The notes under the pieces were generated by a model. That model did not search any database and was not told the DNA's origin. It was given only the letters and a program-made list of their open reading frames with translations. A stretch of 36,757 nt of DNA from Methanobacteriota archaeon (GTDB lineage: Archaea; Thermoplasmatota; Poseidoniia; Poseidoniales; Poseidoniaceae): assembly GCA_018650165.1 (NCBI GenBank), contig JABIGM010000001.1, positions 1 through 36,757 of the forward strand. The letters run 5' to 3'. Below are positions 28,105 to 34,500 of this stretch, one piece after another. The translations under genes and the position numbers were made by a program. Each line of letters opens with the position of its first letter. Position 1 is the stretch's first letter.

Positions 28105-28646
28105 CAATGAGTGGAACAAATAGCATCGAAGTTCGTGTTGAAAATCTGCTAGTACGATTCACTCCAACACCTTCTGTAGACCTTGAAGAAGCGATTGAAC
28201 GCCTCGGCGGAGTAAGAAATGGTGATGTCATAATCAAGATGTTAGATGCGCCACGTGCAACTCTCATAATTGATGAAAAGGGTCGAATAATTGTCCATGG
28301 TACTCATCGAATAGAAGCGGCGAGGGCTGCAGCAAAGGAAATGTTACTTCGTATGGGGAGAAATGATTCTGGATTAATTGCTGAACTAGGGCCAATTGTG
28401 GCTTCCTTTGATTTTGGCGAGGAAGTTCCAATTCACAACATTCGTTCTAATCTTGGTAGTGGTACAACATCAATTGACGAAAGACTGGGTTGTTTACGCC
28501 TTAATGATACTAGGCATGATTTGGAATTATTAATTTGGCCGACCGGGAAATGTGTTGCTTTAGAAGCGCGCCATCCAAATATGGTTGCCATGGCCGCAGT
28601 TCATTGGAAAGGAAAATTTGCTGATAAAAAATCGCTTAAGGCGTGA
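28101..28646 (+). CDS. Highly divergent TATA-binding-protein (TBP)-fold protein
   Basis: Two ~85-aa repeats resembling TBP: VRVENLLVRF..VDLEE...LDAPRATLIIDEKGRIIVHG and GPIVASFDFGEEV...LELLIWPTGKCV. GTG overlaps the upstream stop; ATG 28107 is an alternative start. Confidence 0.7.
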   Translation: MTMSGTNSIEVRVENLLVRFTPTPSVDLEEAIERLGGVRNGDVIIKMLDAPRATLIIDEKGRIIVHGTHRIEAARAAAKEMLLRMGRNDSGLIAELGPIVASFDFGEEVPIHNIRSNLGSGTTSIDERLGCLRLNDTRHDLELLIWPTGKCVALEARHPNMVAMAAVHWKGKFADKKSLKA

Positions 28647-29494
28647 GAGCAATGGATTGGAAAGGACCAATCCTCGATGACCATTTTCATCTGAATCGTA
28701 ATGGCCGATTTCTTGATGCAGCAAATGATTTTTTGCGGGTCGGTGGAACTGATTTAGTTCTGGTACATTGTCCTGATTTTACATCACCTCCTATTACCAG
28801 AGAAGGCCACACTGTAGCTTATGCAGATACTATTGCGATGGCAGAAGAAGTACGAAACCTTGGTCTTGGAGTACGTGTAATACTAGGTCCGCACCCCGCA
28901 GCCTTCGCTCACCAATTCGAATCTCTTGGCGATAGAGCCGAAGAGAATTATTGGGATAGTATTGAGACCGCCTTAGAATTTGTTCATGAAGGTAAAGCGC
29001 ACGGAATCGGGGAAGTTGGAAGGCCGCATTGGCCGGTTTCAGATGAAATTTGGGATCGCTCGAATTTATTGTTACTAGAAACTATGCAGATGGCTGCAAA
29101 AGAAGGGATTCCACTTCAACTCCATGTTGAGGGGGAATCTGATGAGACTTATGGGAATCTTGCCAAAATGGCAGATAAAGCAGGGTTAGCAAGAGAGCGA
29201 CTAGTAAGGCATTATGCACCCCCCCGTGTAGATGCAGCTTTCACACACGGTCTAACGCCGAGTGTGTTAGCAGGCAGTGGCTCAATCGACGAATTGATGT
29301 CTACATTTGAAGCATCATCACATGGATTCATGCTCGAGACTGATTACATGGATGACCCAAGAAGACCTGGTGCGGTTTTGGGTCCAAAGACAGTTCCAAA
29401 GAGAACACGCCAGTTATTGGAAGCCGGTTTAGACGAGGAGATGCTGTATCGCTGTCATAAGGACCTACCCGACCACATTTATGGTTCAGTCTAA
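28643..29494 (+). CDS. TatD-family (amidohydrolase superfamily) metal-dependent hydrolase
   Basis: PILDDHFHL, GPHP, GIGEVGRPHW, PLQLHVE, VRHY, FMLETDY. Confidence 0.9.
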   Translation: MRAMDWKGPILDDHFHLNRNGRFLDAANDFLRVGGTDLVLVHCPDFTSPPITREGHTVAYADTIAMAEEVRNLGLGVRVILGPHPAAFAHQFESLGDRAEENYWDSIETALEFVHEGKAHGIGEVGRPHWPVSDEIWDRSNLLLLETMQMAAKEGIPLQLHVEGESDETYGNLAKMADKAGLARERLVRHYAPPRVDAAFTHGLTPSVLAGSGSIDELMSTFEASSHGFMLETDYMDDPRRPGAVLGPKTVPKRTRQLLEAGLDEEMLYRCHKDLPDHIYGSV

Positions 29495-29532
29495 CCAAGA
29501 CTTCATGACCTTCTCGCTCTTCGGAAGGGCTA

Positions 29533-30621
29533 ATGGAATCTTTGAAGAGGGTCATTTTAATCTCGCTCCTCACCATTTGCTTGTTTGCACCGATGAGTTC
29601 ACAGGCGCAGGCAACTCTGATTGGCGTTGAACTAGATTGCGACCAATCAACCATCAATATCAATGTCCACCCTGAACAAAACGAACCGGTTATTGTCTCA
29701 TGTACAGTAACTAATACCGGCTCATTCAAAGAGAATATTGACTTGGATAGTGAAGTAGATGGTAATGAGTTCAGTTTATCATTTTCAGAATCATCGTTTG
29801 AATTGGATGCGGGAGATGATGCTAATTTTATTGCAACCTTTTCTGCATCACCGCGAATAGAAGTCACAACCGAAGATTACAATATATCTGCAACTGTTAT
29901 CAGTTTCGGAGTGGAGCCGATTTTTGTTCCGTTAGGCCAACTGGGTTCTACTGCAGAGATAAATGGTGAAGTAAATTCATTGGCATATTCGAGAGTTGAT
30001 CTGGAAGTCTCAAATCCGGCTACTCGAAACATCGAAGTCGGTGAAGAAGCAACAATCCAATTTACAATGTTCAACGATGGAAACAGAGTTGATAACTTAG
30101 AAGTAATTGTCGTCAACATTGATGAAATAGAGGATGCAGGATTCGAATTCGCAACAGATCCATTTGTCCGAGCAACAGTGAATCCCGGTGCGTCTTCAAA
30201 TCAAGGGGCAATCATCTTGATTGCACCAGATAGCGCATCTGATGAAATAACCATTCAAGTTCAACTAAGGGCCGTATCAACTCTTGACACTAGTGCAACT
30301 CCAAGTGAAGCCTCAATAAGAATAGTAGTGGCATCTTCTGGAAGTGATAGTGCAATCGATTTTAACTCGATGGATTCCGATAGTTATGCCATGATAGGCA
30401 TGGTGGCAGGTGGTGTAATTGGAGTAATTCTCTTACTTGTAGTAATCTCACGACTCACCAAGAAAGCAGGAAAGCAGAAGACGGCAGTCAAGCAAGCACA
30501 TAAGGCAAAGAAGGCTAATAAAAAGTCCAATGATGAACCTATTATCGAAGAAGAGGACGACTTAGATTTCGACGATGATTTCGGAGACCTTGATGACGAC
30601 TTCGATTTTGACGACTTATGA
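29533..30621 (+). CDS. Secreted membrane-anchored protein with two Ig-like/CARDB-like domains and a basic-then-acidic tail
   Basis: Signal peptide, CTVTNTG and FTMFNDGN beta-strand motifs, TM MIGMVAGGVIGVILLLVVI, tail KKAGKQK...DDDLDFDDDFGDLDDDFDFDDL. Confidence 0.85.
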   Translation: MESLKRVILISLLTICLFAPMSSQAQATLIGVELDCDQSTININVHPEQNEPVIVSCTVTNTGSFKENIDLDSEVDGNEFSLSFSESSFELDAGDDANFIATFSASPRIEVTTEDYNISATVISFGVEPIFVPLGQLGSTAEINGEVNSLAYSRVDLEVSNPATRNIEVGEEATIQFTMFNDGNRVDNLEVIVVNIDEIEDAGFEFATDPFVRATVNPGASSNQGAIILIAPDSASDEITIQVQLRAVSTLDTSATPSEASIRIVVASSGSDSAIDFNSMDSDSYAMIGMVAGGVIGVILLLVVISRLTKKAGKQKTAVKQAHKAKKANKKSNDEPIIEEEDDLDFDDDFGDLDDDFDFDDL

Positions 30622-30722
30622 GCCTCTAAAATCTCGCCTCCGGCTATTTTTTTACACTAGTCTAAAGCGTCTCACAGCCTATTTTGGCATGGCAACAGTC
30701 ATAGGCGTGGTGGCAAGGGAAA

Positions 30723-30743
30723 CACCTACCCTAAGGGTAGGTG
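30723..30743 (+). promoter_or_regulatory. Perfect 9-bp hairpin covering the SD of fabI
   Basis: CACCTACCC-TAA-GGGTAGGTG. The AGGTG SD-like element is in the 3' arm, 6 nt before ATG 30750. Confidence 0.6.
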
Positions 30744-30749
30744 CTAATC

Positions 30750-31544
30750 ATGCTTAGATTACAAGGTAAAGTTGCATTTGTTTTTGGAGTTGCCAGCGAG
30801 GACTCAATCGCTTGGGCAATTTGCAAAAGTTTAGCCGAAGCCGGGGTGACATTATATCTCGGATATCAGAAAAGATTCATGTCTCGAGTTTTCCAATTAA
30901 AAGACAAATTGCCAGCGATTGCGGGGTTCTATCCTCTTGATGTAGCGACCGATGCCGATACAAAAGAATTCTTTGACAAATTCAGTGAAGAAAACCCCGG
31001 GCTAAAAGCGGATATTTTGATTCATGCAATCGGTTTCGCACCACGTGAGTGTTTCGATAGGCCGATTCTATTCGTCGATGATGATAAAATTAACACTGCA
31101 TTTACAATCTCTGCTAACTCTCTACAACGCTGTTTGAAGTTTGCAATACCATATCTCAATCCAGGCTCATCTACGATTACTCTAACTTACGCTGCATCTA
31201 CACGCCATGTGCCCTCCTATGGAATAATGAGTATGGCAAAAGCAGCACTTGAATGCTGGACTCGAGAACTCGCCTGTCACCTTGGACCAGAAGGTCACAG
31301 AGTCAATGCAATTTCAAGTGGACCAATTCGAACGATTGCAGCAAGTGGCATTCCGGGGTTTGATAATATCCTAGATCATGTGGCTGCCAATTCACCTCTT
31401 AGAAGAAATGTGAATCAATCGGATGTCGCAGGGTGTACTACCTGGCTTGCAAGCCCATTAGCATCGGGGGTTACTGGTCAGTGCATCCATGTTGATGCCG
31501 GTTATTCCATCACAATGGTGCCTTCGAGCATAATGGGTGAGTGA
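30750..31544 (+). CDS. fabI: Enoyl-[acyl-carrier-protein] reductase (FabI-type SDR)
   Basis: FGVASEDSIAWAI, LIHAIGFAP, YGIMSMAKAALE (Y-x2-M-x3-K), RVNAISSGPIRTIAASGI, GVTGQCIHVDAG. Confidence 0.93.
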   Translation: MLRLQGKVAFVFGVASEDSIAWAICKSLAEAGVTLYLGYQKRFMSRVFQLKDKLPAIAGFYPLDVATDADTKEFFDKFSEENPGLKADILIHAIGFAPRECFDRPILFVDDDKINTAFTISANSLQRCLKFAIPYLNPGSSTITLTYAASTRHVPSYGIMSMAKAALECWTRELACHLGPEGHRVNAISSGPIRTIAASGIPGFDNILDHVAANSPLRRNVNQSDVAGCTTWLASPLASGVTGQCIHVDAGYSITMVPSSIMGE

Positions 31545-31549
31545 ACCAA

Positions 31550-34500
31550 ATGACAATCACTACAGCAGACGGTAAAGCCTGTGATGGCCTTGAGCAAGCT
31601 CCTTTTGAGCCGATTGCAGTAATTGGTATGGCGGCACTGATGCCTGATGCTGCAAGCACCGAGCAATTCTGGCAGAATATTATCGATGCTCACGTTTCTA
31701 TCAAAGAGGTCCCGGTAAACCGCTGGGACCCTGAGATCTATTGGGAGGATGGCTCACCTGGGAATGTTAGCGAAGGCAAAACCTACTCTAAAATCGGTGG
31801 CTTCATCGAAAATTATGAATTCGATTGGCGCCGTTGGAGGCAACCCCCGGGCACACTTCCTCAAATCGACCCATGTCAATTGTGGGCTGTAACCGTCTCG
31901 GCGGATGCGATTACCAATGCAGGTTATGGCGATGATGGAAAAATTCTAGATCGCTCCCGAACAGGCGTGATTTTTGCTAATGCACTGGGTGGAGAAAATC
32001 GTTCTGAATCCAATATCCGAATCTACAGTGCCGAAATGAGAAAAATCGCACTGGATAATGGTGCAACTATTGAGCAAGCCGATGCGATGGTTGCAAAAAT
32101 GTGCGAAGGGAAGCCACGTATCGATGAAGATACTATGCCTGGTGAACTTGCAAATGTTGTAAGTGGAAGAGTGGCCAATCTACTAGACCTCCAAGGTCCA
32201 AATTATTCTACAGATGCAGCATGTGCTTCATCGATGGCAGCATTACTGGATGCCTGCCGTCTACTTCAAACCAGACAAGTCGACACAATGCTTGCTGGTG
32301 CAACCGACCGATGCATGGAGGCTCCGACTTATGCAAAGTTTAGCGCCATTGGTGCACTTTCTCCATCACATTCCACTCCATTCGATGCGAGAGCAAATGG
32401 GTTCGTCATGGGTGAAGGCGCCGGTGTTCTTCTTCTGAAGAGATTATCAGATGCAATTCGAGACGGAGATGATGTCAAGGCGGTTGTTCGTGGCGTAGGT
32501 GGTTCTTCAGATGGGCGAGGTAAAGGCATCACTGCTCCAAGCCAACGTGGGCAAGTCCAAGCTGTTAGTCGCGCATATTCACAGGCAGGGTATTCGCCAT
32601 CATCGGTTGAATTAGTCGAAGCACATGGGACCTCTACCAAAGTTGGAGATGCTACTGAATTATCGACGCTATCTTTACTGTGGACTGGATTAGATGGAGG
32701 CGATCATATTGCAGTCGGTTCGGTGAAGAGCCAAATTGGGCATTTGAAAGCAGCAGCAGGAATTGCTGGAATCATGAAAGCATGCAATGCCGTATATCAC
32801 AGAACAATTCCGCCAAGTGCTGGTTTTGAGACTCCTAATCCAACTGTAGAATGGAATCAAATTCCGTTCTTCGTACCGACTGAGGCGCGCGATTGGCCTG
32901 AACCAGAAACAAACCCACGCCGAGCCGGAGTCTCAGCATTTGGTTTCGGCGGCACCAATTTCCACGTAGCAATCGAAGGCTTCGACCCTCAGTACCATGC
33001 AAAACTCGTGTCACACTGGGATGGAAGATGGGAAGCATATGCCGGAATCGAATCAAGTTCTAGCGCTGAGGCATCACTCACTCATGAGGAATTGAAAGAT
33101 GTAGAAGGTGGATTATTACTTTTATCTGGGGATACGATTGAATCTGTAAAATCGAAATTAAGTACAATCTCATTTAGCAGCACAACATTTGATGAAGACC
33201 CAAATGGCATTCGTCTTTCCTTTACTTTGTCAGAAAATTGGTCATTTGAGACAAGCGATTCCGTAAGAATGGCAATTTCGGCAACAAGTTGGGCTGAATT
33301 CAACAAGCGCAAAGAACTTGCAACTAATTCAATAGAAGACAAAGCCAAGTGGGGATTCTTGGCGAGTCAGGGAATTCAGATTAGTGATGAGCCAGCATTA
33401 CCTTCCAATGCTAAAGTAGCACACATGTATCCCGGACAAGGCAGCCAATATGTTGGTATGACTATGGATTTGCACAGGAGATATTCCGGTGTAGTTGATG
33501 TCTGGAACAAAGCCGATGTCACAATGGTCGATGTTCTTGATGGAGAATCCCTCTCATCGTTCGTATTACGTTCCAATCTTACCAAAGAAGAAAGTGTCGA
33601 AGCAGAACACAAACTGAAACAGACTGAATATACGCAACCTGCTATGCTAACCGCCGATCTTGCAATCGAAGCAGCATTCAATGCGCATGGGCACAAACCT
33701 GACATGGTTGCTGGGCACAGTTTGGGCGAATATGCTGCACTAATGAGCGCTGGAATCCTCAATATGGACGGTGCACTTCGTGCAGCAGCAGCCCGCGGAA
33801 CTGAAATGGGTAGTGTTCAAATTGACGATAAGGGCCTGATGGCAAGCGTGACTGCTCCTTACGAGCATATTGCGCAAATTCTTGAAGAAATCGACGGGTA
33901 TGTCATTGCTGCAAACAAGAACTCCCCTCGGATGACTGTAATTGCAGGAGAAACCGGACCCGTCAAAGCAGCGATGTCCCGTTTTGAAACCGAAGGATTC
34001 CAATGTGTGGCATTGGCAACAAGTCATGCATTCCATTCTAGAATCGTTGCTCCAGCAAACGTGCCATTACGTAAATTCCTCGAAAGTTTGGAAATCGGAT
34101 GGCCAAAAATCCCCCTAACTAGCAACGTTGATGGAGGATGGTATCCAATGGATGACGGCAGTGATTCGAAAGTTGCAATTCTTTCAAAACTCGCCCCTCA
34201 GATGGCATCCAGCGTCGAATGGACTACTCAAATCAATACAATGTATGATGCAGGCGCAAGAATGTTCGTTGAAGTTGGACCGAAACGGGCACTGACTGTA
34301 TTCGCTTCACAAATTCTCGAAGGTAGGCCTGCACTCCCAGTTATGTCAAATCACCCAAAAGCGGGCGGAATTGCAACGTTCCTTTCTGCTTTAGGAACCA
34401 TGGCACTTGCAGGGAGAGTCCCGCAATGGCCGGACCGAAATAGCCCACGCCTAACAGATGCATTCCGCGCAGGGCCAATTGAATCACGAGATAGAATTTC

